DNA of 64,000 nucleotides from an uncultured Chloroflexia bacterium. Lineage in GTDB: Bacteria; Chloroflexota; Ktedonobacteria; Ktedonobacterales; Ktedonobacteraceae. Shown piece by piece: positions 9,809-18,422 of this stretch; position 1 is the stretch's first letter; each line of letters starts with the position of its first letter. Location: positions 110,749 through 174,748 of the forward strand of contig CAWFFV010000034.1 of the NCBI GenBank assembly GCA_963814985.1. Reading direction: 5' to 3'. The notes beneath the pieces were generated by a model. The model saw only the letters and a program-made list of their open reading frames with translations. It had not been told where the DNA came from and did no database searches. The translations under genes and the position numbers were made by a program.

Positions 9809-10924
9809 TTAATGTGTCGATGTCCCCCCCTTTGGCCATATAATGAATAAACAATGGCCTGTTTGCGTCTGACAGCTACATTCCACTTCAGTGACTTCCC
9901 AGGTGGCATCCAGGCCGACAAGGTGCAAAGTTGCCTCTAGTGACGCACTCCAGACATGACACACTGGTTCAGGGCGATAGGTACGTCCATAAACGTAGAG
10001 ATTACTATAATGGACCAACCAGTAACAGCCATCTTGCCGTGGCAGATACATATGTAACTCTTCGTCACGAATTGTATTCATCTCGCTGGTAAATGACTTC
10101 AACAGCATGCTCATTACCTGCTTCTCAGGAAGAAGATGAAGCATCTGTTGAGTCAACGTCGAGAGATGACGTTTCTGTAAAGAGATCTGGGTAGACATGT
10201 TGCTCCAACTGCGAAGTTGACTGATGGGATCATCAGGCCTTGAGCGTGCAACAGCCTGGTGAAGGCAAGTGAGATATTCGGCAGGAACGGAGCGGATGTC
10301 ATTATTGGGAGGCCATCCTCTGACCCGAGCATACTTGACCAAGCCTACATCTTGCATCAGCGTTGCCCATAGTTCAGCTCCGATCAGCTTATACGCGACC
10401 TGGAGCATCTGGCGAAAGTGACCGTTGCCCGAACAGCGCTTCTTGGAGACACGAGGCACCAAACCATGAGTCGGTAAGAGATCCAGGACAAGTGAGTGTT
10501 TCTTCTCCTGCATCTGTGATAGCGGTAAGACCCTTCTGATCACTTCTAGTAACTGAGCAGATATAAACGAGGTCTGAGTATCCTGATCAGACTCCTTAAA
10601 AGGAAAACACTCTTGCAAGGGAAGAACAGGAATATTCCTTCCTTGCTCATCGGACAGCTTCTGCACGAGACGCGAAAGGGCATAGCGGCTTTGAGTATCT
10701 ACCTGACCGAGCAAAACGGCATGTGGGACAAATTGTTCTTGAAGGAGGCGTTGGAATGCATGGAAAGGGGTAGTTGTCACATATGGACAATAGTCTGCGA
10801 GGGTCAGAACGCGTGCTGCACATTGTGCTCGTCCTTCATTGGCATCAATCACTAAGAGTGCAGAGTGCATCGTTGCAGGCATTGCTGGAGATGCCATCTC
10901 AATCTCCTTATCTATCATTTGCAT
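9809..10924 (-). CDS. Hypothetical protein with an N-terminal receiver-like region and a C-terminal Cys-rich, V4R-like region.
   Basis: LLVIDANEG is receiver-like. The C-terminal CHVWSASLEATLHLVGLDATWEVTEVECSC...GHCLFIIW resembles V4R/hydrocarbon-binding domains. Support is weak. Confidence 0.3.
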   Translation of the reverse strand: MQMIDKEIEMASPAMPATMHSALLVIDANEGRAQCAARVLTLADYCPYVTTTPFHAFQRLLQEQFVPHAVLLGQVDTQSRYALSRLVQKLSDEQGRNIPVLPLQECFPFKESDQDTQTSFISAQLLEVIRRVLPLSQMQEKKHSLVLDLLPTHGLVPRVSKKRCSGNGHFRQMLQVAYKLIGAELWATLMQDVGLVKYARVRGWPPNNDIRSVPAEYLTCLHQAVARSRPDDPISQLRSWSNMSTQISLQKRHLSTLTQQMLHLLPEKQVMSMLLKSFTSEMNTIRDEELHMYLPRQDGCYWLVHYSNLYVYGRTYRPEPVCHVWSASLEATLHLVGLDATWEVTEVECSCQTQTGHCLFIIWPKGGTSTH

Positions 10925-11205
10925 CTATTGCATCTCTTTGTAGAGTTTTTTACATTTTCATGGGTACATGCAGATTATTTTTGGTAGAGAACGGTGTGGA
11001 CAAGCTCACGGCTGTTATGTACAGTGACTCCCCTCACAAAAAATATAATAAAAAGAGAAGGAGGGAGATATAGGAACCTGTGTAGGCATCCGATGTATGC
11101 TGTTCGCCCATCTCTATTAGCCTGCGATCTGGATACTATCAATCAGTTTCCTGTACAGATCACGTGCCCGTTTAAGTATACATCAAGCGCCATCATATGT
11201 ATAGT

Positions 11206-11298
11206 CGGATAGATATTCAGACGTATAGTAATGGCAAAGGGATCATGCGTGTACATGCATGATCCCTTTGCCATTACTATACGTCTGGAATATCACCC
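11206..11298. repeat. Large near-perfect palindrome of about 90 bp, with 31-bp perfect arms around an 8-nt centre.
   Basis: The left arm CAGACGTATAGTAATGGCAAAGGGATCATGC (11218-11248) is followed by the centre GTGTACAT, then the right arm GCATGATCCCTTTGCCATTACTATACGTCTG (11257-11287). The flanks extend the palindrome with a single indel. Confidence 0.8.
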
Positions 11299-12060
11299 GT
11301 AACTACTCAGATCCCTGTTCCATGGGTCATCCCGGTAACTATTCAGGTACCCTCACCACCTGCGGTGGCTCGCTCTCATGAGTCATCCCGAACTTTTGAA
11401 AAAGTTCCCAAAACCGGGGGTGCAGGGTTTCCCTGCCGGGGCTTGGGGTGTCCCCAATAGCTTCTTTTTCCTCTCTCTCCGCCGCAAGCGGCGAGCAAAA
11501 GAAGGAAAAGATGTTTTTCGGGGGCACCCCAAACCCCGGCAGAAGGCTGCCGCCCTCTGCACTCCCGCTTGCCAAACAGGTCAAAAGGGCATTTCATGTC
11601 CCGGAAAAGTTCGGGATGACTCATTGCCTGCGAAGCGCCTACGGCGCTGAGGAATCAGGGAAAGAAACCTGAGTAGTTACGTCATCCCGAATTTTTCGAA
11701 CAAAGGTTCGCAATCTCTCAAGCGGCTTGAGAAGCGGGATTGTCAAGGGCGGCCAGCCCTTGACCGGGGTCTGACTTGTTATCACAACTTTAGTCGATCT
11801 GCTGAGCCAGCTTGGGAAGCTGACTCCCAAGGATGAGTTCAAGTGATTCTAGCTCAGCAGAACAGAGAGACGAGCCGTTTTCATCGGCTTGCCACCTGCC
11901 TTCACAAGATATCGACTAAAGTTGGATAACAAGTCAGACCCCGGCAGGGATGCTGCACTCCCTGCACCCTCGCTTTTGCGAACTTTTGAAACAAAAATTC
12001 GGGATGACTCATGGAACAAGAGCAAGCCACCGCAGGTGGCGAGCAGACCTGGATAGTTAC
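11299..12060. repeat. Composite nest of MITEs: a solo TIR, a family-1 MITE carrying a complete family-2 MITE (11378-11624) in place of its variable core, a second long family-2b palindromic element (11681-12013), and an inverted solo family-1 left arm (12014-12060).
   Basis: At 11335-11377, GTAACTATTCAGGTACCCTCACCACCTGCGGTGGCTCGCTCTC is followed directly by ATGAGTCATCCCGAACTTTTG...CAAAAGTTCGGGATGACTCAT, and then TGCCTGCGAAGCGCCTACGGCGCTGAGGAATCAGGGAAAGAAACCTGAGTAGTTAC ending at 11680. The family-2b element has internal inverted repeats GGGGTCTGACTTGTTATCACAACTTTAGTCGAT / ATCGACTAAAGTTGGATAACAAGTCAGACCCC. Confidence 0.75.
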
Positions 12061-12068
12061 GGGTGATA

Positions 12069-13695
12069 TTAATGAAAAAGTATCGAAGCCAGGATCAGGA
12101 CCACCACAGATTGTATGACCCAGGTAATCAGTCCAAGCATTATAGCTTTCATTCCCGCAGTTCTGATTGCAGATGACGTCACACGAGTACAGATCCCGAT
12201 AATTGCTAACATCAAAAAGACCGCAGAGAAAGTCGTGGGAAAGGTTTTTGCAGGCCATGTTGCTAATGGTCCTGTCAGCCCAACTGGAAGGGTAATCACG
12301 GTATTGATCAGCACTAACACGAAGAAAGCAAGCACAAAGAGTGGAAATGTCTTCAAGGCACCCGTCACAATAGTAGTTCCTTGACTTCTGGCCTCCTGTA
12401 CATTCTCTTTCCAATTAAAGAATATATTCAAGGAGAAAACAAGCACCACGATAAAGCCAATACAGAATCAACTTCACGAGCAGTGCAGCATTGAGTGCAG
12501 CTGTCCCTCCTCCTTGTTGAGCGGCTGCTATCAGCTGTGGTAAATCATGCATCGTTGCTCCTGTCCAGGCTCCATAGACGGCAGGGCTGAAGTGAAAGAT
12601 GCTATTGATCAGCGGATAGAGAAACAATCCTACTGTTCCCCAGCACAGGATCGTTCCCAGGGTAATGGCCGTTTCTTCATCTCTAGCACGAATAGCTGGC
12701 GATGTCGCCATGGTTGCCGTTATTCCACAGATGCCCGTGCCTGTTCCAATAAGAGCCGCTATGCGGGGATTGATTTTCATGAGTTTGCCAACGGACATGG
12801 AGACACCAACAGCAATCAAGACTGTCGAGGTAACGATGACGAGATCCTGTATCCCGGATTTGAGTAGGGAGGTGTAGGAAAATTTTAGAGCAGAGAGGAT
12901 GATACCAAGTCGAAGGAACCAGCGTGTGCTAAAGATCAGACCTGGCTGTATCCGTTCCGAAAGCGGATAAATATTCCCGACAATGAGAGCGAAAATCCCT
13001 GCGATAAAGATATCTACAAAAAAAGTATTGTGCAAACTGATTTCAATATTCCACAATAGTTCCGCTATAGCAGCAATTGGGAAAACCACGAGCAACAAGC
13101 CAGGCAATGCCCTCTGAATTTCCTCGTAACCAGGATAAAGAGGCGTGCCTCGCCACCCAAGGTAGCTCTTGAAGGGAAGCGTTTCCTCGTCTTGCAACGG
13201 AGAAGAGAACTCATGGAGAATACCTGTTACTTCCTCAGCCATGCTTCTACTATCAGGTTCTCTTGTCACTCTTAATCTGTTTGTCGCCTCGGTTTCTCCC
13301 TGGAAATTTGTTAAAAGAGCTTTGGAAGAGAGTAGCTCTTCTATTTGACCTGGGGAGTGCCTGGGATACAAACGTATCACTTCGTCTAAGCGTTGCATAT
13401 GTGTCGTTACATTCGGTCCCAGGTAAACACCTGGGAGACCACGAAGAAGCGCAGTATCTTCACCGAACACACGTCCTCCAAAGCAGAGGATCGGACGAGG
13501 ATGCTGCAAGTGGGCTACCTCTCGTCCCACCTCCTTCACATCATGGATACGGGAACGTTTCATCGCTGAAAGATAGATAATTCCTGGACGGATAGGACGT
13601 ATTGTCTCAAGCAACCTGGGCAAATCCCTGACCTCTGACAACTGTCCGTGATAATGTACATGGAATCCCGCACGACGCCAAAAGAGAGCCAGCAT
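12069..13695 (-). CDS. YeiH/UPF0324-family (putative sulfate exporter family) membrane transporter with an N-terminal B12-binding-like Rossmann domain. There is an apparent frameshift near 12415-12450, and the reading frame stays open upstream of the annotated Met.
   Basis: GTGTGICGITATMATSPA matches the YeiH GSSICGASA motif, and there are many TM segments. The N-terminal RKGLLIFVCSAPQETYEIDALMLALFWRRAGFHVHYHGQLS aligns to the B12-binding domain but lacks the canonical DxHxxG histidine. The last roughly 120 aa are in another frame (12069-12449). Confidence 0.55.
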
Positions 13696-13753
13696 GAGTG
13701 CATCGATCTCGTACGTTTCCTGTGGAGCACTACAGACGAAGATCAGGAGACCC

Positions 13754-13999
13754 TTACGAAGGTTCGGGGTGGCCTGAAAAGAGAAAGGAGAGGTATTTAT
13801 AAACCAGGGTGATGCTAAAGCCTTTTATGCTTGCTGATGTTGTGTTTGTATCTAATAACGCTCTTATACGAGAAAGAACTGGTTGTAACAGGGAGAGACA
13901 AACGTCTTCTGCGGGGTAATAGTGAAAGGCACTATCTAAAATGCGTAGTGCTATCGTTTCGTTCATCTGACCAAGAGCTTGTAGCAGTGGTTCTCCCAT
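13754..13999 (-). CDS. Helical domain resembling the B12-binding_2 (CarH four-helix cap) fold. It may be part of the downstream gene, in a different frame.
   Basis: ETIALRILDSAFHYYPAEDVCLSLLQPVLSRI resembles the B12-binding_2 consensus. Its stop lies 58 nt before the next ORF, whose frame remains open across the gap. Confidence 0.3.
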   Translation of the reverse strand: MGEPLLQALGQMNETIALRILDSAFHYYPAEDVCLSLLQPVLSRIRALLDTNTTSASIKGFSITLVYKYLSFLFSGHPEPS

Positions 14000-14016
14000 C
14001 CCATCTAAGTCAGGAA

Positions 14017-14451
14017 CTACACGGGAGATCCTTTCTTGCTGCTTCGTTTCATCGCTCTGGGAAACCTGTAGGAGTAACGACGAAGAGATACTCGGATGCG
14101 CCTTCGGGGGAAAAGCAAGCTTCGATCAAGTGGGGGATCTGTGACCGTATGTAGCGTTGAGACAAATGTTTCTGTTGCCTGCGGGATGATATCGCGTTTC
14201 CGTAACTCAACTGTGTAAGTGAGAATTGGTCGCAACAGGTTCTCGCAGACGACTATTGCGGGGTACATTATAAAAGCATCTGCCAGAATGCGAGTGGCAT
14301 TTGTCATGTTCGTCGAGGTGACAGCTTGCATCAGTTTGTCACGTAACTCTGGCAATTCGCGCTGTGGGGGGAGCAGTACGCTTGATGCACGATCGTTTGT
14401 ATATGAGGGATCATGACGCACCAGTTCTACAATAGCCTGCTGCAGACTCAT
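14017..14451 (-). CDS. Hypothetical protein, possibly a second B12-binding_2-like helical module.
   Basis: ATRILADAFIMYPAIVVCENLLRPIL shows weak similarity to the helical B12-binding cap. The start overlaps the upstream ORF's stop in ATGA. Confidence 0.25.
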   Translation of the reverse strand: MSLQQAIVELVRHDPSYTNDRASSVLLPPQRELPELRDKLMQAVTSTNMTNATRILADAFIMYPAIVVCENLLRPILTYTVELRKRDIIPQATETFVSTLHTVTDPPLDRSLLFPRRRIRVSLRRYSYRFPRAMKRSSKKGSPV

Positions 14452-14834
14452 ATTACTGGTAACCCGTTTGCAAAGCTAGCGTATTGCCGCAATATCACGT
14501 TGCGAATAGAGTTTCTGGTAATATTCACAGCCCAGGGAGAGGGGATGCTATAGAATTTTTCCCAGGCACGTAAGGTCATGAGAGGAATGTTAATTTCTGT
14601 GAGTACAACATCTATTTTGAAGCGTCGTGTGAATTCAAAAACGCGTAAGTGTGGGAGTCCATCGTCTACCAGTTGCTCCCAGGATGATTTCTGCGAAGGA
14701 AAAGGGGACAGTGCCTGCTGAAAATTCTTATATTTGCCTGAAAGCTGTTTATCCTCTCGTTCGTCCATAAACATCCTTTCATTGGTGCATAGGACAGAGT
14801 AACAAAGCGTCTGAGTGCGTTGTACGTTTCTCAC
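14448..14834 (-). CDS. MerR-family HTH protein of the light/B12-type (CarH/LitR-like recognition helix).
   Basis: FKIDVVLTEINIPLMTLRAWEKFYSIPSP matches the MerR HTH plus the TLRxWERxYGLPxP signature of CarH/LitR regulators. It is translationally coupled (ATGA) to the next ORF. Confidence 0.35.
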   Translation of the reverse strand: MRNVQRTQTLCYSVLCTNERMFMDEREDKQLSGKYKNFQQALSPFPSQKSSWEQLVDDGLPHLRVFEFTRRFKIDVVLTEINIPLMTLRAWEKFYSIPSPWAVNITRNSIRNVILRQYASFANGLPVI

Positions 14835-15092
14835 ATGCTTTGGCGAGAATAGCTAGTTTCTAAAATTTTAACAAGAAATTGCAAAATTTGTCAATAAGAT
14901 GGGATTTAAGCCAGAAATACTGTGTCATACTCCTCTCGGTCTATCTGTAGTGATACCATTTAGAGAGTTCTCATTTTTTTACTTTGTTGCATACTAGAGA
15001 TAAGGAGGGATGCTCATCGTAGAAAATATGAATTGCCTCATTTTCTCAGCTATGCTATACTTTTCCTCGAACGAAATAGTCAGAAGGGAGAC

Positions 15093-15659
15093 CCAATCTC
15101 AATGCAAGATACCTCAAACATGCAAAATCCTTTTCTTATTGGTGAGCGTATCTACTTACGTCCCCTGGAGCCTGTACAGGACAACCACCTGTATGCGACA
15201 TGGCTCAATGATGAAGAAATTCGTCGCTATTTCTCCATTTACCCCACCAGCGATACACGTGGCAAAGAACGGTTAGAAAACCTGTATAAAGATTTCAAGC
15301 ATATTATTTTTGGGATCGCACTCAAGAGCGACAATCGTTTGATCGGTCTGGTAGGACTCAAAGATATTAATATCCTCAACCAGAGCGCCGAGTTCTACGT
15401 AATATTGGATCATACAGCCTGGGGTCAGGGCTATGGAACCGAAGCCACAAAATTGATGGTGCACTACGGTTTTATGGAATTGAACCTGAATCGTATACAA
15501 ACGCAGGATATGGAAGACAATGTTGGTGGCTGGCGTGCCGATGAGAAGGCCGGCTTTAAGTATGAAGGAACGTTACGCGAAGTTATTCCCCGTTTTGGCA
15601 AGTTCCATAATGTGCGTGTCTATAGTTTACTCCGAAAAGAGTATATGGAGAAGATGTAG
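15093..15659 (+). CDS. GNAT-family N-acetyltransferase (RimJ/RimL-like).
   Basis: Acetyl-CoA-binding motif region (IGLVGLKDINILNQSAEFYVILDHTAWGQGYGTEA). Confidence 0.8.
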   Translation, partial: PISMQDTSNMQNPFLIGERIYLRPLEPVQDNHLYATWLNDEEIRRYFSIYPTSDTRGKERLENLYKDFKHIIFGIALKSDNRLIGLVGLKDINILNQSAEFYVILDHTAWGQGYGTEATKLMVHYGFMELNLNRIQTQDMEDNVGGWRADEKAGFKYEGTLREVIPRFGKFHNVRVYSLLRKEYMEKM

Positions 15660-15662
15660 CTT

Positions 15663-16799
15663 GTGATGAGTTTGACCATTCAGGAAATTATTGACCAGGA
15701 GCAATGGAACACCTTCCTGACCAGTCAGCCACGTGGTCACCTGCTGCAATCGTACGAGTGGGGCGAACTGAACAAATATCTGGGTGGACGTATCTACCGC
15801 CTGGGTGCTTTACAAGATGGGCACCTGGTAGGAGTAATGCTACTCTCTGTTGCCCCTGTACCTTTGCCTGTTTCGGTGCCAGGGATACGTTTGAATTGGC
15901 TCTATAGTGTGCGTGGTCCCACTGTCGAACATCCAGACTCACCTGCCCTTGCTGCTCTGGTTGAATATGCTCATAAAATAGCGCGAAATGAGCATGCAGT
16001 GGTGCTGCGCGTGGAACCCAATATTGCCGACGATGACCCTACTATGGATGCGTGGCTTGCAGCTTATCACAAAGTCGGCTTTCGTAGCAATTCCATCGCG
16101 GTCCATGGACGGCGCAGTTGGGTACTTGATATCAGCCCTACACCGGAGAAACTCCTCGCCGATTGCAAGATGACATGGCGGCAAAATATCCGCTCTGCCG
16201 AACGTAAAGGTGTTGTGATTCGTGAAGCCACCAATGATGCAGATTTTGATGCATACTATGATCTACTCAAAATTACCAGTGAACGTGATGCCTTTTTTAT
16301 TCATGGTAAAGACTATCATAAAGAGATTTTACGTCACTTTGCTAGCAAGAGAGATGCCGTCCTTTACCTGGCAGAACATGAGGGCGAAATCATTGCCGCT
16401 AAGATGTTGATTTGCTTTGGTGATTGGTGCTGGGATATGTTCGGAGCCTCCTCTAACAATAAGCGCAACTTGAAACCTACCTACCTGCTGCAATATCGCT
16501 GTTTCCTCTGGGCAAAAGAGCGAGGATGTAGTTACTTTGATTTCCGTACTATTCCGGAAATCCTGGAACCGGGTGAAGAGATGTGGGGTGTCTACGAGTA
16601 CAAAAAGGGCTTTGGAGGCTTCTCACGGATGAATCTACCCACTCAGGATTATGTGTATCGTCCGCTGATCTATCAGGCATGGCATAAGTTAGTGGAGATA
16701 CGTCGCGCACAACGCCACAAGGAACGCCAGAAAGTTGAACTGGAGCGTGTTGCACGAGGCAAAGGTGAGAGTAAAGAGGCCAAAGAGGAGAAGGATTAA
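15663..16799 (+). CDS. FemAB-family aminoacyltransferase (peptidoglycan interpeptide bridge formation / lipid II amino-acid transferase family).
   Basis: The twin GNAT-like FemAB architecture is present, with conserved YEWGEL, WRQNIRSAERKG and GVYEYKKGFGG blocks. Confidence 0.75.
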   Translation: MMSLTIQEIIDQEQWNTFLTSQPRGHLLQSYEWGELNKYLGGRIYRLGALQDGHLVGVMLLSVAPVPLPVSVPGIRLNWLYSVRGPTVEHPDSPALAALVEYAHKIARNEHAVVLRVEPNIADDDPTMDAWLAAYHKVGFRSNSIAVHGRRSWVLDISPTPEKLLADCKMTWRQNIRSAERKGVVIREATNDADFDAYYDLLKITSERDAFFIHGKDYHKEILRHFASKRDAVLYLAEHEGEIIAAKMLICFGDWCWDMFGASSNNKRNLKPTYLLQYRCFLWAKERGCSYFDFRTIPEILEPGEEMWGVYEYKKGFGGFSRMNLPTQDYVYRPLIYQAWHKLVEIRRAQRHKERQKVELERVARGKGESKEAKEEKD

Positions 16800-16801
16800 T
16801 T

Positions 16802-17865
16802 ATGGAGGCTCGGATCATCACTGATCGCCAACAGTGGAACGATTTTGTGGCATCATCAGTGTGCTGCAATATCACACAATCATATGAGTGGGGTGAACTT
16901 GCTCCCCATCTGGGAGCTGAAGCGCTACGCACAGGCGTTGTAGATTCCGACGGCAAGTTGTGTGCGGCTATGCTCATCCTCATCTCCCGTGCTCCTGTAC
17001 TGAACAGAACATACTTCTATGCTCCGCGTGGCCCGGTCATCGATGATCCTGGTTCTCCGGCGATGACGTGCTGACTCAATTTTGTAAAGGCGGAAGCACG
17101 CAAACAGAGAGCCTTTATGCTCAAGGTTGAGCCAAGCGTATTGGATGGTGATGATGCAGTGGTTGACAGCCTTGAATCGTCATGGCTTCCGCGTTACGGC
17201 TTATGCCACGCATATACGCCACGAGTGGGTTCTAGATCTGCGTCCTGATGAGAAAGCGCTACTGGCAGGGATGAAGGAGAAGTGGCGCTATAATATCCGC
17301 CTGGCAGGACGCAAAGGCATAACGGTGCGACAAAGGCGAGGGACAGGCCGATCTGGATGCCTTTTACCGTATTTATGAGACGACGAGTGAGCGGGATCAG
17401 TTCTTTATCCATAACAAGGCACACTATCAGGATGTGATGCGTTTGTTTGGTGAAAATGGTCAGGCGGCGCTCTTTCTGGCTGAGTATGAGGGGAAACCGA
17501 TCGCAGGAACGATTGTACTATGTCTTGGACACTGGAGTTGGTATATGTATGGCGCATCTTCGAATGAGGAGCGTGAACGTATGCCTAACCACCTTTTGCA
17601 GTGGACCGGGATGCAATGGGCTAAAGCACAGGGTGCCTGGTACTATAATTTCCGGGGTATTCCCGATATCCTGGAAGAAGGACAGGAGCTATGGGGTGTC
17701 TATGTCTTCAAAAGAGGCTTTGGAGGCTCTGCGCTGCGTTTCCTGGAGACACACGACCTTGTCTACCAACCCCTGGTCTATGAGACCTATCGCCGGCTTC
17801 TTGACGTAAAACGCTGGCAGGATGAACAGAGACGCAAAAAGTCTGTAGCGGCTCACAGCAGGTAG
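16802..17865 (+). pseudogene. Tandem paralog of the upstream FemAB-family gene, broken into 3 ORFs by at least 3 frameshifts.
   Basis: The ORFs 16802..17074, 17127..17378 and 17434..17865 align colinearly to the upstream paralog. Shifts lie near 17075-17160 and 17335. Confidence 0.7.
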
Positions 17866-17918
17866 CTGAATCGTATAATATGTTCTTTAGAGGTAACTCC
17901 TCAGGTCACGAGTTACCT

Positions 17919-18377
17919 CTAGGATTGAGATTCCAGATACGTTTTTAGCATCTGTAAAATGCGCTCATTCTCCTGACGAATTCTTCTCAGGAGTACAGGC
18001 TGCAAGAGCTTAAGGATACCAGCAAGGGTAAGAGAGATATTCCTTGTCACCTGGGTCCCATTCTCTAACGGTTCCAGTGCATACGAAGCAGAAATAGCGA
18101 TTTCTCCTGACAAACCCAACTTTTTGAAGCGCGTCGCTTGATAAAAGGAGACCTGTGTAGGCGGGATAAGGGTTGTAACTTTGCCTCGTAGTACGGCTGA
18201 AGGTCCTCTGTCAAGATAGGTTGTTCCATTTTTGATGGGATTATCTGAAATTGTAGAGGTACCAATAAATACATCGGATGGGGGAAGCCATTTATCATAG
18301 TTGCTTAAGTCAGTAATAAGCTGAAAGACTGCCTCAGTAGGGCGCTTGATCATACAATGAAACTGCATCTCTGGCAT
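17919..18377 (-). CDS. SRPBCC (Bet v1-like / polyketide cyclase-like) family protein.
   Basis: The fold-family motifs are present and the likely start is MPEMQFHCMIKRP. The longer ORF upstream is translated from MITE sequence. Confidence 0.6.
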   Translation of the reverse strand: MPEMQFHCMIKRPTEAVFQLITDLSNYDKWLPPSDVFIGTSTISDNPIKNGTTYLDRGPSAVLRGKVTTLIPPTQVSFYQATRFKKLGLSGEIAISASYALEPLENGTQVTRNISLTLAGILKLLQPVLLRRIRQENERILQMLKTYLESQS

Positions 18378-18422
18378 TGTTTTATTGCTCCCTCTCCTGG
18401 TAATGAGAGAATCCGAAATTTG

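Noticed and set aside
8965-12060. Numerous short ORFs inside MITE copies (for example 8965..9186, 9002..9199, 11339..11672, 11378..11650, 23689..23928, 26252..26591, 36524..36742), several sharing peptides such as CEAPYGAEESGK and MSHPELL.
   Set aside because: The shared peptides arise because the same repeat sequence is translated at each copy. They lie within palindromic non-coding elements and lack RBS context.
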